Shown here: positions 36,783 through 44,881 of the stretch, in pieces | How the letters are laid out: each line of letters opens with the position of its first letter | How positions within the stretch are numbered: the first letter of the stretch is position 1 | DNA from: Alphaproteobacteria bacterium | Lineage (GTDB): Bacteria; Pseudomonadota; Alphaproteobacteria; Micropepsales; Micropepsaceae | DNA: 64,000 nucleotides | Direction of reading: 5' to 3' | Assembly (NCBI GenBank): GCA_052389895.1 | Contig: JBQTHM010000006.1 | Span: forward strand, 2,056-66,055 | Notes under the pieces: model-generated | Database searches by the model: none | Seen by the model: the letters and a program-made list of their open reading frames with translations, nothing else | What the model was told of the DNA's origin: nothing | Program-made: the position numbers and the translations under genes

Positions 36783-36807
36783 AGCGTGCGCCCATTTGAT
36801 TGGTTCC
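36783..36807 (-). promoter_or_regulatory. Near-consensus EcfG-type motif (GGAAC-N16-CGCT) upstream of the LigD-PE gene
   Basis: Plus strand has AGCG at 36783-36786 and GTTCC at 36803-36807. One mismatch in the -10 block. Confidence 0.4.
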
Positions 36808-36864
36808 GAGTTAGGATACGACCGTCAACAGCGCATGTGCTTGGCAATCCTGCTGAGAGCTGAC

Positions 36865-36889
36865 GGAACTTCGCAGGTGCGAACGCGTT
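36865..36889 (+). promoter_or_regulatory. EcfG-type promoter motif GGAAC-N16-CGTT
   Basis: GGAAC at 36865-36869 and CGTT at 36886-36889, 35 nt upstream of ATG 36924. Confidence 0.7.
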
Positions 36890-36923
36890 ACCCGAATGTG
36901 GCGGAATCCATCAGGAGAACAGC

Positions 36924-37385
36924 ATGAGTATCAAAGTCTTTGAGCAACGCGGAGGAGCCGTGGTCGCTCTTTCATTTGCTTTTGCTCTCTCGAGCACGGG
37001 CCCCTCGCTCGGCGCCGATCCGGAAGAGCAGGCTGTCACCAGGGATCTCAATATGCAGCAATTGGAGACTCCGGGGGTGATTTACGGCAACGCGCAAGAG
37101 CCTGCCGGCCCAGTCGCGGACGAATTGATACCGCTCGAAGACGCCGAGTTCACCTCGGATGAGCTGCTGGACCGCGCGGTAGAAACAAGCGAGGGCGAGC
37201 CGGTGGGTCGAGTTCGCAATGTCGCATTTGACGATGCCGGGCGGGCGATTTCAGCGGATGTCGAATTGGAAGGCGACGACAGGGTTGTTGTAATCGGTGC
37301 CGAAGCTCTATCGTACGATCAGGACGGTGACATTTTGATCGCCGAAATGAGCATTTCGGAAGTTCAGGAGCTTCCGGAAATCTGA
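36924..37385 (+). CDS. Secreted PRC-barrel domain protein
   Basis: Signal peptide, acidic linker, then a PRC-barrel-like block LLDRAVETSEGEPVGRVRNVAFDDAGRAISADVEL. Confidence 0.6.
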   Translation: MSIKVFEQRGGAVVALSFAFALSSTGPSLGADPEEQAVTRDLNMQQLETPGVIYGNAQEPAGPVADELIPLEDAEFTSDELLDRAVETSEGEPVGRVRNVAFDDAGRAISADVELEGDDRVVVIGAEALSYDQDGDILIAEMSISEVQELPEI

Positions 37386-37481
37386 CATTTCGCAGCCCAG
37401 GACGAGCGGGGTGAAGATGATTGGCGAAGAGGTCCGGCGTGCGCGACCAAGGTCGGCCGAGCGTCCAGGGCCGAGGCCGAA

Positions 37482-38312
37482 ATGAAAGGGAGTGGAGGCA
37501 AGTCCGCGGCGACCCATGGGCGCGTTCCTGACTCGGGAACGGAAGCGCGCATCTCGCGCGTATTGCGCGGTGAGGTCGACTTTGGCGGCACGGCATTGTT
37601 GCTTGACGTCGATGGAACGCTGCTTGATATCGCACCTGCACCCAATGAAATTCAGGTGCCGTATCAACTTCGCGATGCCCTCGTAGAGCTCGGGCGCCGT
37701 ATGGATGGCGCGCTTGCGCTCATCAGTGGCCGCTCGCTTGCCGACCTTGATCGCATCTTTGCGCCGCTTAAACTGCCCAGCATCGGCGGCCATGGCGCCG
37801 AAACGCGATTGCAGGATCACGGCGAGACGTTGCAACGCCACGCCGACCCGCTTGAGGAAACCCTGCGCGAGGAGCTGTTTCGCATCGCGAAAGACCGGCC
37901 TGGCGTGCTGATCGAGGACAAGGATTATTCGATCGCCATTCATTATCGCCTTGCGCCGGAAATGAAACGCAATCTACGCGAAGAAGTCGCGCGTGCCTGC
38001 GCGAATTCCGAAGCCGAGGATCTTCACGTGCTCCAAGGAAAATGCGTGATCGAAGTAAAATCCGCCCACTTCGACAAGGGCACGGCGGTACGCGATCTGA
38101 TGACGCTTCCTCCCTTCAAGGGCCGCGTCCCCATTTTCGTGGGCGACGATGTTACGGACGATGACGTGTTCCGGATTTTGCCGGAATTCGGTGGAATTGG
38201 TCTTCCCGTCGGGCGGGCTTTCGATGGTGTGGAGTTGGCCTTTTCCGGACCGCAGGCCGTGCGTGCCTGGCTCGCGCGCATGCTGAAAAGGCGCGAGGCT
38301 CGGACGACATGA
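37482..38312 (+). CDS. otsB: Trehalose-6-phosphate phosphatase
   Basis: HAD motif I LLLDVDGTLLD. Additional motifs GGHGAE and FVGDDVTDDDVF. Its stop overlaps the GH15 start. Confidence 0.85.
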   Translation: MKGSGGKSAATHGRVPDSGTEARISRVLRGEVDFGGTALLLDVDGTLLDIAPAPNEIQVPYQLRDALVELGRRMDGALALISGRSLADLDRIFAPLKLPSIGGHGAETRLQDHGETLQRHADPLEETLREELFRIAKDRPGVLIEDKDYSIAIHYRLAPEMKRNLREEVARACANSEAEDLHVLQGKCVIEVKSAHFDKGTAVRDLMTLPPFKGRVPIFVGDDVTDDDVFRILPEFGGIGLPVGRAFDGVELAFSGPQAVRAWLARMLKRREARTT

Positions 38313-40096
38313 AGTGCGATCTCAATCTTGCTGTCATTGGCAATGGCCGCACGGCCGCCCTGCTCGATCCGATGGGCAGAATCGTATGGTGGTGTTTTCC
38401 CCGATTTGATGGCGACCCGGTTTTCTCCCGGCTGCTCGCCGATGACGAGGAGAAGGGGTTCACGGATGTCCTGTTGGATGGCGTGACGGAAAATCAATCC
38501 GGATATGTGCACAACACGGCGATCGTGACTACGCTGTTAAAGAACAAGCACGGTGCCGCGGTGCGCATCACCGATTTTGCGCCGCGCTATCGCAACTTCG
38601 GGCGCATTACGCGGCCGCCGCAGCTCATACGCATTGTCGAGCCGTTATCGGGGCTGCCCCGAATCACAATCAGGTTCCGGCCGACGCACGACTACGGCCA
38701 GCCAATGACGCACCGGACGATGGGCAGCAATCATATTTCCTGCTGGGGCCGCTGCGGCGTAATCAGGCTCACCACGGATGCGCCGCTGTCCTACATTGAG
38801 CGCGAGGCGCCGTTTGTCCTGACGCGGCCGGTGCATCTTGCCTACGGCACGGATGAATCCTTTCCCGGCGGCCTCGAACTTACCTGCCGGGAATTCCTCG
38901 AACACACGCAGGACTATTGGCACGAATGGGTCCGGCGCTTGAACATCGCCTACGACTGGCAAGACGCCATTATTCGCGCCGCCATAACGCTTAAGCTCAG
39001 CAATTTCGAAGAGACTGGCGCCATTGTCGCGGCGCTGACGACTTCGATCCCGGAGTCGCCCCGCTCCGGACGCAACTGGGATTACCGTTATTGCTGGCTG
39101 CGCGACGCTTATTTCGTCGTAAAGGCGCTCAATCGCATTGGCGCCACGAAAACCATGGAGGACTTCGTATCCTTCATCCTGGGCATTGCCGCAGAGGAGC
39201 AGGACGAGCTTCGCCCGGTTTACGGCGTGGTGCCAACGGACAGCATGGAGGAGCGCACGGTGGAAGCACTGCGCGGGTTTTGCGGCGATGGTCCGGTGCG
39301 CGTCGGCAATGCCGCCGCCGCCCAGCGCCAGCACGACACCTATGGAAGCATCATTCTTGCCGCGATGCCCCTCTTCTTCGACCGCCGGCTGCCGCGTCAG
39401 GGTGACGAAGCCTTGTTTCGCCTTTTGGAGACGATCGGGAAGCGCTCGGCCAAATTCGCGTTCGAAAGCGATTCAGGAATCTGGGAATACCGCGGGCGAA
39501 GCCGCATCCACACGCATTCTACCGCCATGGCCTGGGCCGGATGCAATCGCCTGGGAGCTATTGCCTCGCAACTGGGATTGTCGGACCGCGCCGCGCACTG
39601 GAACGATGTTTCCGACGGAATATTGCGCACGCTGCTTGAACGCGGCTGGAATGAGAAGCGCGGCGCATTCACTGCGTCCTTCGATTCGGACGAACTTGAC
39701 GCAAGCGTGCTTCTTTTTGCTGAGCTCGGCGTCGTAGAGCCCACGGATCCCCGCTATCTCAAGACGGTTGCGGCTGTCGAGCGGGAACTTCGCCGCGGCA
39801 AGCTAATGATGCGCTATGCTGGGAAGGATGATTTCGGCGAGCCCGAGACGGCCTTTTTGATTTGCAGTTTTTGGCTGATCGACGCATTGTGGTCGCTTGG
39901 CCGTCACGAAGAAGCAAGAGATCTCTTCCGCGAAACTCTGCGCTACCGGAATACCTACGGCATTCTTTCCGAGGACGTGCATCCGGAGACAGGCGCACTG
40001 TGGGGAAATTTCCCGCAGACCTATTCGATGGCGGGATTGATCGTGACGGGCATGCGCCTGTCACGCAGCTGGGAGGACAAATATTGGCGCGGGTAG
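38309..40096 (+). CDS. Glycoside hydrolase family 15 (glucoamylase/trehalase-like)
   Basis: 595 aa. GH15 blocks NWDYRYCWLRDA and IWEYRG. Sits between otsB and otsA. Confidence 0.88.
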   Translation: MKCDLNLAVIGNGRTAALLDPMGRIVWWCFPRFDGDPVFSRLLADDEEKGFTDVLLDGVTENQSGYVHNTAIVTTLLKNKHGAAVRITDFAPRYRNFGRITRPPQLIRIVEPLSGLPRITIRFRPTHDYGQPMTHRTMGSNHISCWGRCGVIRLTTDAPLSYIEREAPFVLTRPVHLAYGTDESFPGGLELTCREFLEHTQDYWHEWVRRLNIAYDWQDAIIRAAITLKLSNFEETGAIVAALTTSIPESPRSGRNWDYRYCWLRDAYFVVKALNRIGATKTMEDFVSFILGIAAEEQDELRPVYGVVPTDSMEERTVEALRGFCGDGPVRVGNAAAAQRQHDTYGSIILAAMPLFFDRRLPRQGDEALFRLLETIGKRSAKFAFESDSGIWEYRGRSRIHTHSTAMAWAGCNRLGAIASQLGLSDRAAHWNDVSDGILRTLLERGWNEKRGAFTASFDSDELDASVLLFAELGVVEPTDPRYLKTVAAVERELRRGKLMMRYAGKDDFGEPETAFLICSFWLIDALWSLGRHEEARDLFRETLRYRNTYGILSEDVHPETGALWGNFPQTYSMAGLIVTGMRLSRSWEDKYWRG

Positions 40097-41565
40097 TTGT
40101 TGTGTCCAACCGCGTATCGATGCCGAGCGGCGAAGGCGGACGCGCGGGAGGATTGGAAGTCGCGATCCGCGCGACGTTGAAGCGCTATCCAGGTTTGTGG
40201 TTCGGCTGGAGCGGGCGCGTATCCGCGCCGTCGCACGGCGAAACAACCGTCATGACACGCGGCGGCATTAGCTTTGTCGTTACGGACCTGACGGAAGAAG
40301 ACTACGGCGAGTATTACAGTGGGTTCGCCAACCGCGTGCTGTGGCCGATTCTGCATTACCGGCTCGATCTCGCCGAATTTTCGCGGCGCGAACTTGGCGG
40401 CTATCTGCGCGTGAACGAACACTTTGCCGACAAGCTGCATGGTATCCTGCGGCCGGACGATCTCATCTGGGTGCACGATTATCACCTTTTGCCATTGGCG
40501 CAGGCGTTGCGTACGCGCGGCCACAAAAACAAATTGGGCTTCTTCCTGCACATTCCGCTTCCGCCGCCTGACATTCTGTGCGGGTTGCCGCATCACGAAC
40601 GGCTGATTCCGGCGCTGTGCCAGTACGATCTGGTTGGCTTCCAGACCGATACCGACGCGGAGAATTTCGCCCGCTACCTCATCCGTATTTGCAAAATGCC
40701 TACGGCGGACCGGCGCACGTTCCGCACCGACGGGCACAGAGTGCAGATCGGTGTCTTTCCGGTGGGAATCGAAACGGCGGAATACGCCTCCACCGCGCAA
40801 CGCGCTATCAGCTCTCCCTTCACCAAAAAAGTTCTGGATAGTTTGCGCGGCGCGCTGATGATCATCGGCGTCGATCGCCTCGACTATTCAAAAGGCATCA
40901 CGCAGCGAATGGACGCCTTTGAGCGGTTCCTGGTTGCCTTTCCGGAATGGCGGGGCAAGGTCACCTATTTGCAGATCACGCCGAAAAGCCGGTCCGACAT
41001 TCCGGAATATGCCAGCATGAACCGGCAGGTGGACTCGACGGCAGGCCGCATCAACGGCAATTACGGGGACGTCTCTTGGACGCCGATCCGCTATGTCAAC
41101 CGCGCCTACAGCCGGTCGGTGCTGGCGGGCCTTTATCGCGCCGCGCGTGTCGGTCTGGTTACGCCGCTGCGGGACGGAATGAATTTGGTCGCGAAGGAAT
41201 TCGTGGCGGCCCAAAACGCGCACGACCCCGGTGTCCTCATTCTTTCACAGTTCGCGGGTACGGCGGAAGAATTGGAGGCGGCGCTCGTGGTCAATCCCTA
41301 TGATCCCGATGCCGTCAGCGCGAACATCGCGCGGGCGCTCTCCATGCCGTTGGAGGAGCGCCGCTCGCGACAGGAGGCGCTTTTTCACGCGCTGCTCAAA
41401 AACGACGTCACCTTCTGGGGCGAACGGTTTCTGGCCGCGCTGCAGAGAACCGGAACGAAGGCGCCACTGGGAACGGGCCGGAAGCTCCCGATGACCCATT
41501 TGGCACGAAATTCGGAAGGCGATTTGCCCGTGGCCGGCAAGGTTGACCCGCAAGTCCCCTCCTGA
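40084..41565 (+). CDS. otsA: Alpha,alpha-trehalose-phosphate synthase (UDP-forming)
   Basis: Motifs (M)ARVVVVSNRV, WVHDYHLLPLA and VGVDRLDYSKGI. The start is taken as TTG 40084, overlapping the GH15 stop; the longer ORF from 39862 lies inside GH15. Confidence 0.9.
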   Translation: MARVVVVSNRVSMPSGEGGRAGGLEVAIRATLKRYPGLWFGWSGRVSAPSHGETTVMTRGGISFVVTDLTEEDYGEYYSGFANRVLWPILHYRLDLAEFSRRELGGYLRVNEHFADKLHGILRPDDLIWVHDYHLLPLAQALRTRGHKNKLGFFLHIPLPPPDILCGLPHHERLIPALCQYDLVGFQTDTDAENFARYLIRICKMPTADRRTFRTDGHRVQIGVFPVGIETAEYASTAQRAISSPFTKKVLDSLRGALMIIGVDRLDYSKGITQRMDAFERFLVAFPEWRGKVTYLQITPKSRSDIPEYASMNRQVDSTAGRINGNYGDVSWTPIRYVNRAYSRSVLAGLYRAARVGLVTPLRDGMNLVAKEFVAAQNAHDPGVLILSQFAGTAEELEAALVVNPYDPDAVSANIARALSMPLEERRSRQEALFHALLKNDVTFWGERFLAALQRTGTKAPLGTGRKLPMTHLARNSEGDLPVAGKVDPQVPS

Positions 41566-41616
41566 TTTCCGTCTGTCTGTTATACTTTTTGACAGCCGCT
41601 GAAGGTCTGCAACGCC

Positions 41617-42030
41617 ATGAGCCAAGCCGAAAACGAAAAGACGTTTCCCGTTAGCAAGAGCGACGCGGAATGGCGGAGCATTTTGACACCGGAGCAATAT
41701 GCCGTTTTGCGCGGCCACGGAACCGAGCGGCCGGGCTCGTGTGCGCTGCTGCATGAGAAGCGTAATGGCACGTTTGTTTGCGTTGGTTGCAGAAACTCCC
41801 TCTTTCGTTCGGGCGCCAAGTTCGAGAGTGGAACGGGCTGGCCGAGCTTTTTCGACCCGCTGCCCGGCGGAGTCGAAACCTCGACAGACACGAGCTATGG
41901 CATGCGTCGAACAGAAGTTCATTGCGCAAACTGTGGCGGTCATCTCGGCCACGTGTTCGAAGACGGCCCCAAGCCCACGGGGCTTCGCTACTGCATCAAC
42001 GGCGTCGCCACGGAATTCAAACCGGATTAG
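41617..42030 (+). CDS. msrB: Peptide-methionine (R)-S-oxide reductase
   Basis: Two CxxC pairs (CVGC, CANCGGHLGHVF) and RYCING. Confidence 0.93.
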   Translation: MSQAENEKTFPVSKSDAEWRSILTPEQYAVLRGHGTERPGSCALLHEKRNGTFVCVGCRNSLFRSGAKFESGTGWPSFFDPLPGGVETSTDTSYGMRRTEVHCANCGGHLGHVFEDGPKPTGLRYCINGVATEFKPD

Positions 42031-42523
42031 CATTACGCCGCGGCGCAAGCGCGCGATCTTCTTCTTGGATGCGCCACCATAGAAGCGCGGCGTTTGCGAT
42101 CGAGAAGAATACCGCCACCCAGATTTCGCCGAATACAAGCGGAAAAACCGCGAATTCCGCGGCCACGACTGCATAATTCGGGTGGCGCATGACACGGTAC
42201 GGGCCTTTGCGAACGAGCGGCGCGTTGGGAAGGGTGATGATCCGCGTCGTCCAGTAAGGACCGAGCGTTGCGATGATCCAAATGCGCGCCGCCTGAAGAG
42301 CAAGAAAGAGCGCGAAAAGAACCCAATCGACCGTAATAGGCTGTGGCAGGGCAAGGATAATCGCCACGAACCATGCGGCGTGCAGAAGCACGATGAACGG
42401 ATAATGACCGCGGCCAACCTCCACCGCGCCGATCGCCAGAAGCCGCTTCGTATTGCGCCCCGCATACACAAGTTCGAGGAGGCGTTGCAGCACGACGGCG
42501 CCGATGATCAGGTAGGCAATCAT
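42017..42523 (-). CDS. Isoprenylcysteine carboxyl methyltransferase (ICMT) family membrane methyltransferase
   Basis: ATG 42523 overlaps the PKS stop (ATGA). Multi-TM protein with GPYRVMRHPNY. Confidence 0.8.
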   Translation of the reverse strand: MIAYLIIGAVVLQRLLELVYAGRNTKRLLAIGAVEVGRGHYPFIVLLHAAWFVAIILALPQPITVDWVLFALFLALQAARIWIIATLGPYWTTRIITLPNAPLVRKGPYRVMRHPNYAVVAAEFAVFPLVFGEIWVAVFFSIANAALLWWRIQEEDRALAPRRNANPV

Positions 42524-43560
42524 TCGCCTTCCAGCACCTGGAACGCGCAAGTGAAACCGGGTCCAAGCGCGCTTGCCAGTGTGCGCTGCGCGTTCAAGCG
42601 GTCTTTCAGGCGCTCCAGCACAAAAAGAACCGTGACGGCCGACATGTTCCCATAGTCGCGCAGGATCTCCCGGCTTTCCTTCAGTCCGCCATTTGGGAGT
42701 CCCAGCGCCTCTTCCAGGGCGTCGAGCACCTTCGCGCCGCCTGGGTGGCACGCAAACCCAGCAAATTGCTCCAGGCGCATGTCGTTGCGATGAAGAAATT
42801 CAAGTGCAATTTTTCGGAAATCGCTCGCAACGAGAGAGGGGATGCTTTGCGCGAAGCGCGCCTTTAGGCCGTCCTCCTGGATATCCCAGCCCATCACGTC
42901 GAGCGAATGCGGCCACGTATATTCGCCGCCCGCGCCGATCCTGGGCCCCGCGCCGCCGGTCGAGAGGATCGCGCCTGCCGCGCCGTCTCCGAAGAGAGCC
43001 GCCGCGACGATATTGCTCTTGGAGAAATCGTCTTTGCGGAAAGTGAGTGCGCACAGTTCGACGACAAGCAAGAGCACCTTGGCTCCGGGCATGGCCGCCG
43101 CCATGTCGGCTGCACGCGCAAGGCCGATAACGCCCCCTGCACAGCCGAGGCCGAAGATCGGCAGGCGCTTGATGTCGCGCCTCAACCCCATCCGCTCGAC
43201 CAGCAGCGCATCCAGGCTGGGCGTTGCGATTCCCGTCGTGGAAACGGAGATGATGGCGTCGATCTGGTCGCGTTTAATTCCCGCTTGGGCGACGCAGCCC
43301 TGCGTTACAATTTCCAGAAGTGCGACCGCATTTTCGATGTAAAGCTCGTTACGGTCTATCCAGCCGTGCGGCTGTTCGTACCAATCCATTGGAACGCAGG
43401 AATAACGACGCTCAATTCCCGTATTCGCGAAGACGGGAAGCATTCGTTCGATGTCCTTGCCTTTGAAGATGATCTCGGCGCGGGCCTGAACGTCACCCTG
43501 TTTCAGCACGAAGGGCGGCACCGCCGTGCTCAGTGCCAACATGCGCACATTGCTTGACAT
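42520..43560 (-). CDS. Type III polyketide synthase (chalcone/stilbene synthase family)
   Basis: Catalytic triad contexts FGLGCAGG (Cys), FACHPGG (His) and YGNMSAVTV (Asn). Confidence 0.9.
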   Translation of the reverse strand: MSSNVRMLALSTAVPPFVLKQGDVQARAEIIFKGKDIERMLPVFANTGIERRYSCVPMDWYEQPHGWIDRNELYIENAVALLEIVTQGCVAQAGIKRDQIDAIISVSTTGIATPSLDALLVERMGLRRDIKRLPIFGLGCAGGVIGLARAADMAAAMPGAKVLLLVVELCALTFRKDDFSKSNIVAAALFGDGAAGAILSTGGAGPRIGAGGEYTWPHSLDVMGWDIQEDGLKARFAQSIPSLVASDFRKIALEFLHRNDMRLEQFAGFACHPGGAKVLDALEEALGLPNGGLKESREILRDYGNMSAVTVLFVLERLKDRLNAQRTLASALGPGFTCAFQVLEGE

Positions 43561-43672
43561 GTTTTTTCCACATTGTGTGGCGCCGCCTCACTTGAGCGGA
43601 GACTATACCAAGCGACCGTCGGCGTCTCCAATACTCGGAGCTTGATTGTGATCCTATCCGTTCTTCGCAGAT

Positions 43673-44881
43673 TCAGAAGTACAGGCGAGCGGAAAGCTGC
43701 AATTGCGTGTCGGCGGCCTTTGGCCTATCGCCGGTAACGAACCGCTGATCGCGCGTGCTTTCTATGTGAAGCGCTTCCGCGGTAAGGCGCAGCCACTCTC
43801 GCGGGAACCAGCTTGCGGCGAATGTGAGCGCGTGACCGTTCTCGCTAAATGGCAAATCCGGGCCGGGATTGTGCTCGCGCGTCTCGAAAACCTCAGCGCG
43901 TGCCGCAAGGCGCACATCGCCCTCCTCCCAGCCTAACAGGGCGAAGGCGGAGTCGAAATTGGTAATGGCGTCGAAATTGGGAAAGGGCGTAATGATGGTG
44001 CGCCCCGTCATACCCTGGAGTAAGAGCGTAAACTGGCCGTGATGCGTCTTGAACCCCGCGCTCCAGAAATACGTGCGCCAGCCAAAAACGCCGTCAACCT
44101 CCTTCGCAGGGTCTGCCAGATTGTCGTAGTAGAGGATTTCAAACGCGCCGGTTCCTGCCTCGTCCCAGGATAGGCGTCCATACCAGCCAACGCGATGATC
44201 CAATTCTTTGAAGATCGGCGTATGCAAGGGGATTTTTGCGCCGAAAAGGATTGCTGTAGCGTCTGGTTCGCGAAGGCGGTCGAAAAGCCCCGTCGGGTGA
44301 TCATCCAGTGTCCAGCCACGGTCGGCAATCATCACGCCTGCCGGGTCGTTCCAGCCGAACGCGGCGGCGCTGAGCGTCAGGGTGCCGCGCTCGCGCCTCC
44401 ATTCGACGGTAGCCTCGGCGCCGATGGTGCGAAGTTCGGCGCCAACCCACGTGTTGATCGCCGAGGGCGTGAGTGTCCAATAGCTCGTCCACGCCATTTC
44501 GGTGTTCTCGAGCGAAATGGGCGGGAAGAATGCGCCGGCTTTCACCGACCAGCGCCACTCTGTAGTCGAGACCGGGCGGTAGCGCATGTACGCCTCCAGC
44601 AAATCCACGGGCGTGCGCTGATCGGGGCCAGCGCGAAGCGACAGGAATGCGATTAGTTCCGGCAGCAAAAGCACGTGGCCGTCGGCGGCAAGCTCGGCAA
44701 ACTGCAGATTCGAGTCGCCTCCTCCATAACGTGTTTTGCCCAATCCGCCATCCAGCCAACTGCGTTCGTCGGCGGGGAGCACGAGCCGCAAGTCGAGATA
44801 GCCTTCCAGCCCCGCATCCATGGCGTGGGCCATCGCGCATTCTGCCGAAAAGAAAAACGCGATGAGCAGCCTGCGCATCAT
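43673..44881 (-). CDS. Outer-membrane beta-barrel protein (family not recognised)
   Basis: Signal peptide MMRRLLIAFFFSAECAMAHA. Alternating aromatic/Gly-rich strands. C-terminal ...LQLSARLYF. Its start overlaps the upstream kinase stop. Confidence 0.5.
   Translation of the reverse strand: MMRRLLIAFFFSAECAMAHAMDAGLEGYLDLRLVLPADERSWLDGGLGKTRYGGGDSNLQFAELAADGHVLLLPELIAFLSLRAGPDQRTPVDLLEAYMRYRPVSTTEWRWSVKAGAFFPPISLENTEMAWTSYWTLTPSAINTWVGAELRTIGAEATVEWRRERGTLTLSAAAFGWNDPAGVMIADRGWTLDDHPTGLFDRLREPDATAILFGAKIPLHTPIFKELDHRVGWYGRLSWDEAGTGAFEILYYDNLADPAKEVDGVFGWRTYFWSAGFKTHHGQFTLLLQGMTGRTIITPFPNFDAITNFDSAFALLGWEEGDVRLAARAEVFETREHNPGPDLPFSENGHALTFAASWFPREWLRLTAEALHIESTRDQRFVTGDRPKAADTQLQLSARLYF

Noticed and set aside
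41245-42471. 408-aa minus-strand ORF overlapping the otsA 3' end, msrB and the ICMT gene
   Set aside because: It overlaps three genes with strong motifs, including msrB on the opposite strand, and has no recognisable domain.
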